Origin: Octopus sinensis
Taxonomy: Eukaryota
Direction of reading: 5' to 3'
DNA length: 64,000 nucleotides
NCBI RefSeq assembly: GCF_006345805.1
Contig: NC_042997.1
Location: 151,156,001 to 151,220,000, forward strand
A program made the translations under genes and the position numbers. Of this stretch, positions 26,031 through 38,624 are shown in pieces. Below the pieces are notes generated by a model. It had not been told where the DNA came from, did not search any database, and saw nothing but the letters and a program-made list of their open reading frames with translations. Every line of letters begins with the position of its first letter. Position 1 is the stretch's first letter.

Positions 26031-29000
26031 TATCTGTCTTTATGTCTGTTTTTCTGTTTGTCTATCTATCTCTCTATGTATCTATCTCTGTATCTTCTTT
26101 TTTTTTCTGAATTTCTATTTATCTTTCTCATTCTGATTTTTTTCTGTACATATTTTCTATTATGGCTACAACTACAAAGAATCTCTTTTCATTTGTGCTC
26201 TTTCTTTCCCTCATAGACTTTTCTCTGTAGGCTTTTCACTTTATATCCACATACCATCATATTCTTCCTGTCAATGTATTCTTCTTTAATCAACTACACA
26301 CCTTTCTCTCTCTTGCAATATTCGATTACATATTTCCCTTACGATTTCCTTCTCTTTTTTTTTATTTTTCTCTACTGAATTCAATATCATTCGCGATAAC
26401 ATTCCCACCTCTGCTACTTCCATTGATTCTCCCTTCCTCATTCCATTTCTCTTCTGCACTCGGACTATATAAATATTTACAGACCGTCATTAATTGATGT
26501 TGCCTCGAAGCTGTCACAGTAATCTACTGCTAGAAAACCTGTTTAACATTGCAATTGTTATGCTAGTGCTACACGACTTTACAGTGTATTTTCATTTTTT
26601 TCATGTTTTCTCTCATTCTTCTTTTTTTTATTCGAATCTCTCACTCAGTTTCTCCTCTCACCCCATTTTTTCGCTTTCTCGATCCATTCCTCTCTCACTC
26701 CAAAAATCAATTCTTTCTCCAAATTCTCATCGTTCACCAATCCACTTCCCTTTTCTCTTAATAATCAAAGCTCAATTCACTACTTCTATGATGTCATGCT
26801 AACTTAATTAATGACAAATACACGACGAAGAATGTCTTTGATCATTTGAGCAACATGCTACCTATGTAGCATTCATTATCGAAAAAGATTACGCATCTCC
26901 TTAGTTGAGGTCAACAGAATGTATTTTACGAAGCTCGAATATCAAACCACTGTAATAAGTGCTACTTCAACTCCACTTGAACTAATTATATTGTAGAAAA
27001 AACCTCAAAAGAAATGTAATTGTATACAGGCTTCCATAAAATATGCCAACCCATATAATATTTTTTTTATATTAAGCGTAGGAGTGACTGTAATCGTGAT
27101 CGTGACAGGTTTTTCCAGATTGGTGCAAGCGATACTATTGCATCAACTCGAACTATTTTATCCGAGTCGGGGAAAATATGCTACAGTGAATACTATAGCG
27201 AACCACTGTTGCAAGGATGGAGAAACAAAGAGATTTTCGAGCAGAATTTTGGGGCTGAGACATGGAAACTTAGATAGGATGTTGAGAGATGGGCATCTCA
27301 TAACTTTGGAGGAGATATACACGACACATTTTTGTTGAGACCATTTTCAGTCTCTCCTCCTTCCTGTCAATAACTCTTAACACTAAATTGACACTAAATT
27401 AATATTTTTCCACAAATACATGAGAATCTCTCCCGACGACCTGATTGCTTGTCCTTCGAATGTTTAATCTATAGTTTACAAAACTCAATTGGCAGTACTG
27501 TCTTATCATTGTCTTTCAGACCCAGTTCAGTATGTAACAGGAGACTAACGTTAGAAGCAGGAACTATTTTAGGATCCAAATTTTATCTACTCTAACATAA
27601 TTACAATCACTGAAACAGTATTCGAGTTTTGGAGGAAATTATATATAAAAAAAAATCAACGATTACCCTGTGTAACAAAATGTTTATATATTTGTTTTTT
27701 TGTTTTTTTGCCTCTAGCCCATAGGTGTTATTTCCTATTTGCTTGTACCTAGAAATCAAAAGAAATTACTAGTACTCCTTTTCAAACTTTGCTTTTTTCA
27801 CCTGGACGTCACTGTTTAGAAACTGACCTATTTTCCATTGCATTTTACACACATTCAGTTTCAATGATTGAAGCAGAATTATCGTTATAGCAAATATTCT
27901 GCTCAATACCACAGATTTGCTAGTCAGTTGCTTGACTTTAACCACTTCAGATGTCCCTCAGTGGTTTAGCTTATGCGCATCTCTGAACACGAGAAGAAGT
28001 AGTAGGGAAATATCATAGCCATGAGTCGAGAGGGATTCTTTGGGTTTGAATAAATGTAATAAAAGCAGAGTGGGAAGGAAATATTAGCCAGTTTCGATGC
28101 TTTCCCGGAGTAAGGAAATAAAAACATAACAGTAGATAACCAAGAACAAATATCGTGTTACACTATGTTATATGGCTCTCTAAAATTATCGTGTTATATG
28201 AAGAGCCCTAATTCAAATTCCAGGTATCTCTTAATATTCTACTTTTCTATTATGCCAGGAAAGCTTCCTTCCTCCAAGAGAAATATTCTTGGATTATATA
28301 AATAATACCTATAAAACATAAAATTTTATTGTTCTAAATCACTCAATACCTCATAACATGAGAGATGGTTAAGGTACTTTTATCTATGAACTGTGTATTT
28401 ATGAGTGTAAAATATTTTAACAATGACAATTGGCCAAAATAGTATTTGTGGTTTCTGTTTTGATTATTAAGTTAGAATTATTCTTTCTCTATACGATAAT
28501 GCTTGCATTTGGGCGTTAAAGTAGTTCTACTGTAAAGCCCTTAAAATAATTTCGAACTTAAACGTATGAAATATAATGTTACATCTTGAATAATCTTAGC
28601 TTACATGTCGCCGCATGTAGCACAGCTCAAATTCAAAATTAAGATTAAGAAGAGTCTACTAGCTTCGGTGGAACTGACATTGCATATTGTGGAAATCCAT
28701 AGAAACATTCAAAACATGTACAACAATCTGTTGTATTTTACAACCACTGGATCTTCAAAATCTGAAATGAAGTTACTTCGCATCTAACCCCAATTTATTC
28801 GATGCGAATTTTTTTCTCCCTGTCTCATAATAAAATTCGTCTCTATTTCATATGAGCCACATATACATTCAAGATATAGAAAATATTCGCATTCTCATAG
28901 TTAATCTGAAATGCTGACAAAAATTTACATGCAAAACTGAAAGTTAATTCAGTCGAAACTTCAATTTTGAAAAAATGTGAAATATAAGAGAATTTCCTGA

Positions 29001-29592
29001 CATGAAAGAAATTGTTTTAAACTACAAAGAAATTTGAATGCATATTAGGAATTTCTCAAAATTGTCTTGAAACTAGACACCAGGCAAAATCTTCTTAACT
29101 ACTCTGCTTACATGTCTTAGACTTCATTTAATAATTTCACACATGTAACACGATTATACGCCCGTTAGTTTCCTTTTTACGCTGTTCTGGATTTGTTCCT
29201 ACTGCTATAAGTACTTCAGAGTTACAAATATATTAATCCCTACATCATACTGGATGCGTAAATTTTTCTAACCTTAAAAGACTATTCCTTGAGGACGGAA
29301 CAGAATATAAGCACTCATATAGGTATGTGAAAATACATGTGAAATATATATGTACGTAGAAGGCTAATAAGTCTAAGTAAAAGTATGGAGCATCACTCTT
29401 CCTCTCCTCTGATACCTTCATACCAAATTCAATTTTTATATACTCCCTCTCTCCCTCACACACACACACACATACACATTCAAACACACATACACACATG
29501 TATGTAGAAACACATACGTACAGAGGATGATCTTAATATCATCGAACGTATTTTTGGCTGTTATTCTTATCAAAAGTCTGCCTTGAAATTAA

Positions 29593-30150
29593 ATACACCG
29601 CATGCCGAAATAGTAATGCTTTGAGTTTGATGGGATCATAAAGGCACTATTTCTTATGAGTTTCCCCCACAAAATTAGTCTACTAATTCTGATGTGTTCT
29701 GTCGTCAGCACTCTAATTTGAACCAAAAGATCAAAGATTTTAGGCCGGAGATTGCCAACAGGGGTAATGATCCAACAAGACAATGCCCGACCTCTTGTAC
29801 TTTTAGCTACCCGAACAAATGTACATGAAATTGACTGAGATCTCTTACCCCATCCACCATATCCTATTGATATTGTGCCATCCGACTATCATTTGTTTTG
29901 TCTCTACGGAACTCATTGCAAGGAAAAACATTTAACAATTTAGATGGCGTCAAAATGCATCTCGATAATTTTTTTTTCTTCAAAACAATTCAAATTTTAT
30001 GCCGATGGAATATATAAATTGCCTGATAGATGGACAAAGAACGTTAATAATAATGGAAATTATGTCATTGAATAAAATTTATTGAAAGGTCAATTATTTA
30101 TATCCATTTTTGCATATTAAAAATTGCTCAGAACACTCCGCACAACCTAA

Positions 30151-30151
<1 letters not shown>
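29593..30151 (+). mobile_element. Mariner relic: C-terminal DD34D region plus 3' ITR
   Basis: QQDNARP, LLPHPPYP.DIVPSDYHLF (YSPDL-like motif), FYADGIYKLPDRW, stop at 30073-30075. The end reads ATTAGGTTGTGCGG on the minus strand, a mariner-like ITR start. Confidence 0.82.
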
Positions 30152-30184
<33 letters not shown>

Positions 30185-32661
30185 TATGCATGTATGTATA
30201 TATATATGATTATATATACATATATATATATATGCATACATTTATATACATATATATGTGATATAACGTAATATATATTTTGTAGTTGCACAAGAGATAC
30301 TATATTGCAACAAACTTGTAAATACATACCATACACCTTATCTATCTATCTATCTATCTACCTACTTACCTACCTACATACATACATACGTACATATCTG
30401 TCTGTCTTTTTGTCTCTGATTTGTGTATACTTTAGTTAAATGTGTATACCTGTGAGTAAACAGTAACTAATATTGCATACATTTTACTTTGAACCATGTA
30501 GAATAAAAATGTCACCGCTGTCAGTTACACATTATCGTTATTAGGAAGTAGTGAAGTAGGTTCTAAGGAACTCATAAAACACGAAATTGAATTTGAAAAA
30601 ATGTGTTTCGTTTTCATCTAGACTGAACGCTAATCGTTTCTAAGCGTATATTAATAGTGACGTTTATCATTGCTGTATCAAACTGTCCACGGAGGTCGTT
30701 GAAGTTTTACTTTTAATAATGTCAGAATGCAAAAGAATTTAAAATCAAATTCTGTAGTCCTCTGATTTAGTTAACCTCCTTTGATCAACTTTGAAATTAC
30801 TAATTAGTCATATTTTAAGAACTGAAGTGTAGCGGAAAAATCCAAAAGATATAATTGAATTAATCAATTCAATTCACAAGTAGAATCATTTTACATCCTC
30901 CACATCAGCAAAACCCTCGTAAATGGCTTTAAAGTTAGAGATTTATCAGGAGCAATATATTTTATCAGGCGTTTTCTGCAGTGTTCTACTAACTATAAAA
31001 AAATTACTTTCTATATTTTTATACAGTTTGCTGTGAAAGAGTAGAGCTGTGTTTGGAAGTGGAAATGAATCAAGAAAAGATTAATAGAATTATTTGTCTT
31101 TTTCTCTTTTATTCTCTCTCTTCTTTTTTTTTAGTAGGATTATATATTTGTTGCGCTGTAAGATCAAGGGTTATCAAAGCCATGAATAAGATACTTAATC
31201 TTTCAAACTGGTACAAACCACTTCCATAGAATTTCAAACACAACTGCACCAGTAGCAGCAGTAGAAATAGCTGTAGCCTTATCTGTAGTATCAGTAGTCA
31301 TAGTATCATAAACAACAACATCTTGTCTCACAAATCTATTTGATAACAGATCATAGGAATACATAGGAATGACAAGTAGCTAAAACTTATTGATTAAATA
31401 GTATCAATTGAGGAAGTTAGAGTGAATCCATGAAGCACATACAATACATATCAAAATTAGTGCAATAACATCTGACAAATTTTAATTTAGCAAATATCAA
31501 AATAAAAATGATTAGTGCATTATTCAATAATTTCTAGAGGAAAACTTGCAAATCAAGGGAGTTCTTAGTGACGTCTTTCATCAATTATATTTTCCTTACA
31601 TGTTTTATGTAGAATTTATTATGTTTTGGTTTTATTGTATTTAAACTGTGTTAAATAAGGATAAAAGAGATGTTTTGAACAGTACAAATAACAATGAAGC
31701 CAATATTTAAAATTCTATAACAATGCTCAGAGATAAAAACCGAGAACAGCTGAAAACTTCGATTAGAATGGCAAGTTTGCTTTGCAATTTTATTTTCTCC
31801 TATTATCAAGAATCTAATTCAAACTTCTATGATACCAAACATTTGACAACAATATCTTAGAAACAGCTAATAATGTAGTTAATCATTTTATGTTTTTGTA
31901 TTCTTTGAGGAGGTTATGACTTTTTCTTAATTTTCTACATTCCATTCTAACGACCATTCTTTCAATGTACTTCAGTTTTATACGGATTATTTTTTCTTAT
32001 TCATGTCTTACTTCCTAAATTTTTTCTGTTTCCTATTTTTGTGAATGTATTTGTTATTAGGCTTATTTGTAAATTCCCCAATTAGTTTGTTGCTACTATA
32101 ATCTTTACTTCACTTCTTATGGCTATCTCTTTTGATGCTGGCCTTTATATCTTTCATTTGAATATCTCTTTCTAATACATTTAATCAATGACAAACCGGA
32201 ATTACAAGAATTGACAACACGTCTCAAAGCAATATTATAGAGCTTTCAACGAAAGTAAAGGAGGAAAAGTCGCTGAAATTATTTATTTGTCAAACAGAAA
32301 ATAATCTTCAAATGTCTCTAAAGTATTCTCTACATTACTGATCAGACAGCTTCCTTAGTTTGTCATAGTACAGGTCGTTTGTTACGGATGATATAAGTCA
32401 AGGTTACTTCCCCAGTGCTCTGGCCTGTCTTTCAGTGTAAAAATGTGACCAGTGACATGAAAAAATAGTCCATTATGTAACTAATTGTTTTACATGAATA
32501 CGGCTGTTTAGTAGTTCTTTTTTTAATATCTGAAAGAACGCATTGATTAAGTAATGCCTTTACGTGTCTATAAGGCTTCTGTAACACTTATTTACATTAT
32601 TTACATTGGACAGATATGTGTGTAAATAAGGTTTAAATAAGGTATTCCTAAGAAATAAATG

Positions 32662-32764
32662 AATAAATAAATAATAATAATAATAACAATAATAATAATA
32701 ATAATAACAACAACAACAACAACAACAACAGCAACAACAACAACAACAACAACAACAACAGCAA

Positions 32765-32797
<33 letters not shown>

Positions 32798-32838
32798 CAG
32801 CAGCAACAACAACAACAACACAACAACAACAACAGCAA

Positions 32839-32871
<33 letters not shown>

Positions 32872-32933
32872 CAGCAGCAACAACAACACAACAACAACAA
32901 CAACAAAAACAACAACAACAACAACAACAATAA
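32662..32933. repeat. Compound (AAT)n-(AAC)n-(AGC)n microsatellite
   Basis: Direct reading. Confidence 0.95.
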
Positions 32934-32960
32934 TATCAGCGTAGGAGAGGCTGCGTGCAT

Positions 32961-33374
32961 AGGCGTAGGAGTGGCTGTGTTGTAAGTAGTTTGCTTTAAA
33001 TGCCGTCTTGGCAAATTTGATGAAATAAAGCAGCTTGCTAACGAAACGCATGGTTCCGGGTTCAGTCCCACTGCGTGACATCTTGGGCAAGTGTCTTCTA
33101 CTATAGCCTCGGACGGAAACTGAAAGAAGCCCGTCGTATATATGTATATATATGTATGTGTGTATGATTCTGTGTCTGTGTTTGCCCCCCCCCCTAATAT
33201 CGCTTGACAACCGATGCTGGTGTGTTTACGTCCCCGTAACTTAGCGGTTCGGCAAAAGAGACCAATAGAATAAGTCCTAGGCTTACAGAGAATAAGTCCT
33301 GGGGTCGATTTGCTCAACTAAAGGTGGTGCTTCAGCATGGCAACAGTCAAATGACTGAAACAACTAAGAGAGAG
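32961..33374 (+). mobile_element. tRNA-derived SINE (octopus OR-type), near full length
   Basis: A-box-like TGGCTGTGTTGTAAG and B-box-like GGTTCAGTCCC. Internal TA/TG microsatellite. 3' tail GGTGGTGCTTCAGCATGGCAACAGTCAAATGACTGAAAC. Other copies occur in the window. Confidence 0.85.
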
Positions 33375-33429
33375 CAAATTAAATACCTTAGAAACGAGAA
33401 GCCACGGTTGGGTTCAACATTCTACCAGG

Positions 33430-33475
33430 ACAACTGATGAAGGCTGGAGAATAAATCAGCCGAAACATTGTGGTA
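33430..33475 (+). ncRNA. Degenerate minimal type I hammerhead-like motif (Penelope-type relic)
   Basis: CTGATGA-A-GGCTG[GAGAATAAAT]CAGCC-GAAA-CATT. Stem II is perfect; stems I and III are ambiguous. Confidence 0.5.
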
Positions 33476-33509
33476 ACAACAAACAAGATGAGGATAAGTA
33501 CCAGAGGCA

Positions 33510-34140
33510 CAAAAGAACCTGATGCACAAAAGGTATAGACATGCAGGAAAAGCAGTAAAATGTGACAACCGATGGAGACTTTGTGGAGTTCACACTGAAT
33601 ATATCACCCACATCATAAGCAGTTGTCTGAAAATATCATCACCGTATTATCTACTGATGACGTGTTATGTAATCCGCCAGAAGGATAGTCCCAAGGACAG
33701 CGAAATAAGAATCCACAATAAGGTAGAAACTATAGCAACTCATAATGAAAAAGGAAAACTGGTTGAATCTCCCAGTGAAGACCTAAATAAAATGTAAACA
33801 CAACAGACATGATATAATGATTTAGGATAGAGAAGAGAAACTGTGCACTATTGTGTAAATTACCTGCCCAGCTGATGTTAACATAAAGCTGAAGATCAAT
33901 GAAAAAGAGAACACTTATGCTGAACTATTAAGAAATCAGAAGTTACGCTATCCAGATTACAAGTTCAGATTATAACTGTAATTAATAGGACCCTGTGATA
34001 TGTAACACACTGTTTAAATACTAATCTTGAGCAATTAGGCTTCTCAAAACGGGAAAGGAGAAAGCTGATTCGACGAATACAGATCCAATCCATTACTCGA
34101 ACTGTAAAAACCTGTAAAACTATCCAGAAGTTTATGATTT
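33510..34140 (+). mobile_element. 3' fragment of an RLE-type non-LTR retrotransposon
   Basis: Degenerate knuckle (W)RLC...THIISSC, then HNRHDIMI..REEKLCTIV.ITCPADVNIKLKINEKENTY, an RLE PD..D..K-type region. Confidence 0.65.
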
Positions 34141-34838
34141 AAATATAGATGGGTATTCTAGATATGAAACAATAAGAACGAGAATACACACATAAAATAT
34201 ACAAATCTGCACATACATACATACATACATACATACATACATACATACATACATACATACATACATGGTGGCTGCCCCCTCGTTACCGAGTATGGCCACT
34301 GCACGAAGCTTAATCAATGTTGTTATCGTGCAATGCCTGTGCTAGAAGATTTTTTTAAGTGAGGAAAGGCTGTGCACTGAGTTAATCCCACTCACTAAGC
34401 AACATCAGCCATAATCCGAAAAGAAGAACAAGTCAACATCATCGGAAACTACTGACCCGCAGGTTTTATGTCGGAGTTATCCCAGTTACCAGAGTTACCT
34501 TCTCCTAGAAGGATGCCCTAATAAAGGCTAGGAGTTCTTCACTCCCAATGGTTTAACCGCGCGATCGGATATTCAGTCCGATTATTTCTATGTCCCCGCG
34601 CATGATACAGCCTTAAGACATTTATTGGATGGCCGTTGACTCTCAAGAGTTTCTCCGCCCTTTGACAGGTTTCGTTTTTCATCCCGCAGGGTGTCCAATA
34701 TACTCCCTCATCACCAAGCAAGCTTGGTGGGGTTGCCGGTTTAATCGTCGGTTTAGTCGCCGACGACCCGACCATGCAACAGGTTGTACTGTGTTACATG
34801 TTACCAGTAGCACTCGAAAGTGACCTGACAAACATACA

Positions 34839-34872
<34 letters not shown>

Positions 34873-34910
34873 CATACATACATACATACATACATACATA
34901 CATACATACA

Positions 34911-34942
<32 letters not shown>

Positions 34943-35059
34943 GAGAAGGATACTCTGTTGTTGATGTTGAAATTCCAATGAAGGAACCTTGGATCTAGTT
35001 TCGAAAATGGTTCTTTCTATGTTGGCTAGAAATCTTGAAATAAACTGAATAATAACACA

Positions 35060-37030
35060 TATATGCATATAGAACGGTTAAAACAGGTCGGGGCTCAGAA
35101 AATAAAACCTTAAATTCCAGAATGCACCAGGTGAAAGAACAAACAGCGAAAACATAGAAATCAAATTATATATCTGCAGATAATAAACGAAAAACACTAA
35201 AGAGAATGTTTGTTCGAGATCCCCAAACAGTCTTATGCAACATCAATATAAAGAAAATGTCAGCAAAAAATTATCCCACCAGCAAAACTAATAAAAAGTT
35301 GCAGAACTTCAGTTTGGGAAAGGAAAGATTGATTAATGAAAAAAGCTGACTGGACAGATGTGTTGGCAGAGGGATGTGTTAGAAGAGGGATACATGTCAA
35401 ATAAAATCATTAAGAAATTGACAGGGCAATATTTGAAACAGTCCGGGGAAAAATACCAAGCAAAAATTCCCGTTCCCTGATCATATCACAGTTTATTGGA
35501 TAACAAATCTTATCTTGTAACAAGAAGCTTTAATTAAGCTTTTGAGGAGAGCATGAAGGGCACATTAACGGTACCCATATGACTAGAACTCATAACCCGA
35601 ATTATCCAAAATTATTGAAATAATATTTGATGAGTTGTAATGTGCATTTTGGTGATAAAAATATAACAAATATTTTCTCTTAACGAAGGCACTACACATT
35701 AACAACCCAGAAATACAGCCTCTGCTATCTGGGGAAAGTTACGTATATATATTTCTTTACTACCCACGAGGGGCTAAACACAGACGGGACAAACAAGGAC
35801 AGACAAAGTGATTAAGTCGATTATATCGACCCAGTGCGAAACTGGTACATTATTTATCGACCCCGAAAGGATGAAAGGCAAAGTCGACCTCGGCGGAATT
35901 TGAACTCAGAACGTAACGACAGACGAAATACCGCTAAGCATTTCACCCGGCGCGCAAACGTTTCTGCCAGCTCGACGCCTTAAGTTTTCGTATATATTGG
36001 ATAAGATGAAACTGTGAAGTATAACGAAGCCATAAATAAGAGGAAGACAAAAAATGTGTAACTGAAGAATGTTAAAAAAATGTGGTCATCTAAACTTCCA
36101 ATACATTTGTATAATAAGCAAATTGTTACAACACTTTTGCAATGACTGTCCTCACGTCTATATTTCGGCTTCTGAACTGGTCACGTCAATGAGATGAATG
36201 TTCGAACTCTCAAGCTGGAGAAAGTCTATACTTCCCACGTAAATATGACGGGAGTGGTTGCAAAGCTATGTTAATTCATATGAAGCATATAATATGATAT
36301 TGAAGCGACCTCAACAGCAGTGGATGTAACTATCCTACCCAACTTTCCGACGATGAAATTAGAACATAATTAGGATAGCTAAGGAATTTGAGGAGAGACA
36401 CGAAATAAGAGCCCATACAGATCTCTCCTCGTGGGGCTCGATGGGCTGTGGTAAATTCTATTTGAAAAAATGTAAATGAAGCGATTCACTGAAAAGATAG
36501 TGCATGGGTCCTTGGCGAGAAGGACACATAATAGAGAAGGAACTGACAATATGAAAAGCTTGGCTTCGACTACAGACAAGGTTATGACATCACACTTGAA
36601 AGGCTACCGCCAACTATTTCAAGAATAAAGGGTAGAAAACTTTGACAGACAAGAAATGTAGACCGTGTTAACAAACCTACGGACTTCATCGACATTATTG
36701 TTAACTGAGAGAGACTGTCTTCCAGATATTGTCTTCTTATGACGCATCCTTATACAGTGGCCAGAAGAGTCTGGAACAGGATAACAATGACAAATACAAC
36801 GACAACAAAAATCAAAAGGATGAACTTGACTATATTCGGACCGATGGCGGATGAAAAGGATATTCGTAAAACTTAAAGCTCAAAGGAGCCACCAAGTTAA
36901 AAGGCAACCGGCCAGATATGATTGTGTGGAATCATTGTAGAAATCGGCGGCCCTCTGGATACGAATGTGTTTAGAAAAATGCAAGGGAAAAGCGTTATCT
37001 GTGGATAATTGATAAAGAGTATATAAATCT
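35060..37030 (+). mobile_element. Highly degenerate RLE-type retrotransposon fragments, interrupted by a SINE
   Basis: Scattered motifs FVRDP, PDHITVYWI, LYFPRKY.G.G, KIVHG, KGNRPDMIVW..VEIGGPLDTNV. Confidence 0.5.
35752..35981 (-). mobile_element. tRNA-derived SINE (octopus OK-type)
   Basis: Minus strand reads GAGCTGGCAGAAACG (A-box-like), GAGTTCAAATTCC (B-box), then ends ...GTAGTAAAGAAATA. Homologous to 41424-41839. Confidence 0.88.
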
Positions 37031-37374
37031 AGTGTCTAAGATACATTTTCAGCTTCATGTTTATTGTTACTGGAGTAACAGCCTATGTGCCATCCTGTCA
37101 CAAAGAAAGAAGTCTGGACTTGTTTTTTTTTTTTTTTTTTTAGAAACAGAGCGAAACTCCTAAATTCTTATACTAAGAATAATCATGATTATCTAGAACT
37201 TGAAAAATCTGCGAAACCTTTCTTAGATTTAAATGAAGGTGAACAAAAAAATTGCTTTCCTTCACAACCTCGATACCAAGTACGTTATCGGGAACAATTA
37301 ATTCCAAATTAAAAGGAGAAAGGGAAAGTACACACTTACATATATGCATATATGTGGGGGGGGGGTATATATGC

Positions 37375-37640
37375 ATCTGTAAATATAAAGGAAATTACAC
37401 CATAACCGATATCCAATCTGCAGTGGAAAAGGCTAGCCACTGGATTTGGTTGAAAAGAGACGATGAGCAATAGCTAGATGAATATTGAACTTTATCTGAT
37501 AGCCAGTTGATCTAGCAAGCGGGGCTCCGTATCACTGTCGTGATGTAGGCCCCGAAACGGTGCGCATTCTCTCCTGTTGATCCTATTCACTTGCTGGCTG
37601 GCTTCTGCTATGCAGGGCTCTCGATTGGTAGCACTTGCAT
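37375..37640 (+). mobile_element. Probable 3' end of a HERO-like RLE retrotransposon
   Basis: IQSAVEKASHWIWLKRDD resembles the HERO C-terminus as recalled, followed by a UTR containing TGATGTAGGCCCGAAAC. Confidence 0.45.
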
Positions 37641-37662
37641 GTGCAAGTTGTTTGCAAAACAG

Positions 37663-37709
<47 letters not shown>

Positions 37710-37775
37710 GTAAACACATAAATGTGAAACAAGGTCGAAAGAAGAGTACTCAAATACCAGTGGTAGAGTAATATG

Positions 37776-37833
37776 CTTTATTTAAAGCAGCAGAAAATTG
37801 GTTTTGTTGAATTTTCTGCTGCTTTAAATAAAG
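37776..37833. repeat. Perfect 24-bp inverted repeat with a 10-nt spacer
   Basis: CTTTATTTAAAGCAGCAGAAAATT (37776-37799) pairs with AATTTTCTGCTGCTTTAAATAAAG (37810-37833). Confidence 0.95.
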
Positions 37834-37853
37834 TATATATATATATATATATA

Positions 37854-38306
37854 AGCAATAATAAATCTCTGAACGAGGTATAAACAGTAACTGCACGTCA
37901 ATGTGAGGTATACTTGCCATCTCAAGTATACCTCACATTGGCAAGTATACCTCACATTGTCGTGCAGTTACTGTTTATACCTCATTCAGAGATTTTCTAT
38001 TGCTTGCATACAGTTTTTCGAGATCAGTGACGAAAAGTTACTGGAAAAACGATATAAGGATTTGCATTGGAACACTTTTCATTGAAAACCGGTGATAGTC
38101 GTACGCTAATGACAGGTCAAAACATAGAAACTGCAGTACATGCGTATCACTTAGGTTGACGAGAGAAGGATGACCTCCCTTTGGAAATACCATAAGGGCA
38201 CAGAAAGTGTGCCCAAAGCCAGCTGGAGACGATGTTCTCCTGGGGCTACAAGCTACAGTAACACCCACCCTTAGTGGTTAGCCATATTGAGATGGCAAGT
38301 ATACCT

Positions 38307-38310
<4 letters not shown>
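37854..38310 (+). mobile_element. Retrozyme/Penelope-like non-autonomous element: ~354-bp monomer with a 5' fold-back
   Basis: 18-bp direct repeat TGGCAAGTATACCTCACA at 37939 and 38293. 66-bp inverted arms 37854-37919 / 37939-38004. Internal hammerhead-like motif. Confidence 0.55.
38092..38150 (+). ncRNA. Degenerate type I hammerhead ribozyme-like motif
   Basis: Helix I GTGATA-gt-CGTACG / CATGCG-TATCAC. Core CTAATGA (G5>A)...GAAA. Palindromic helix III ACTGCAGT. GTA triplet at 38136-38138. Stem II is poor. Confidence 0.5.
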
Positions 38311-38349
<39 letters not shown>

Positions 38350-38377
38350 GTATGCATATATGTATATATATATATAT

Positions 38378-38408
<31 letters not shown>

Positions 38409-38591
38409 CCAATTAAGGACTGAACACGAAAAGTGGACAGTCAACATGCTAGATATAGACGTCAAATCGCCATTCTCCACAAAAGGTTATGTTCTCAGAT
38501 CTCTTGATATATATAAATATTTTAATCTTCGGATTTTTTTTTAATATGCTAGACCACTGTTCGAATTGATAAATATCAATTTCTACCCTAA

Positions 38592-38622
<31 letters not shown>

Positions 38623-38624
<2 letters not shown>

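Noticed and set aside
25063-30151. One mariner split by a 4-kb insertion
   Set aside because: The N- and C-terminal relics look like different subfamilies, the middle of the transposase is missing, and no matching 5' ITR was found.
32560-33317. Long poly-Cys/Leu/Val ORFs
   Set aside because: They arise from a compound trinucleotide microsatellite plus a SINE.
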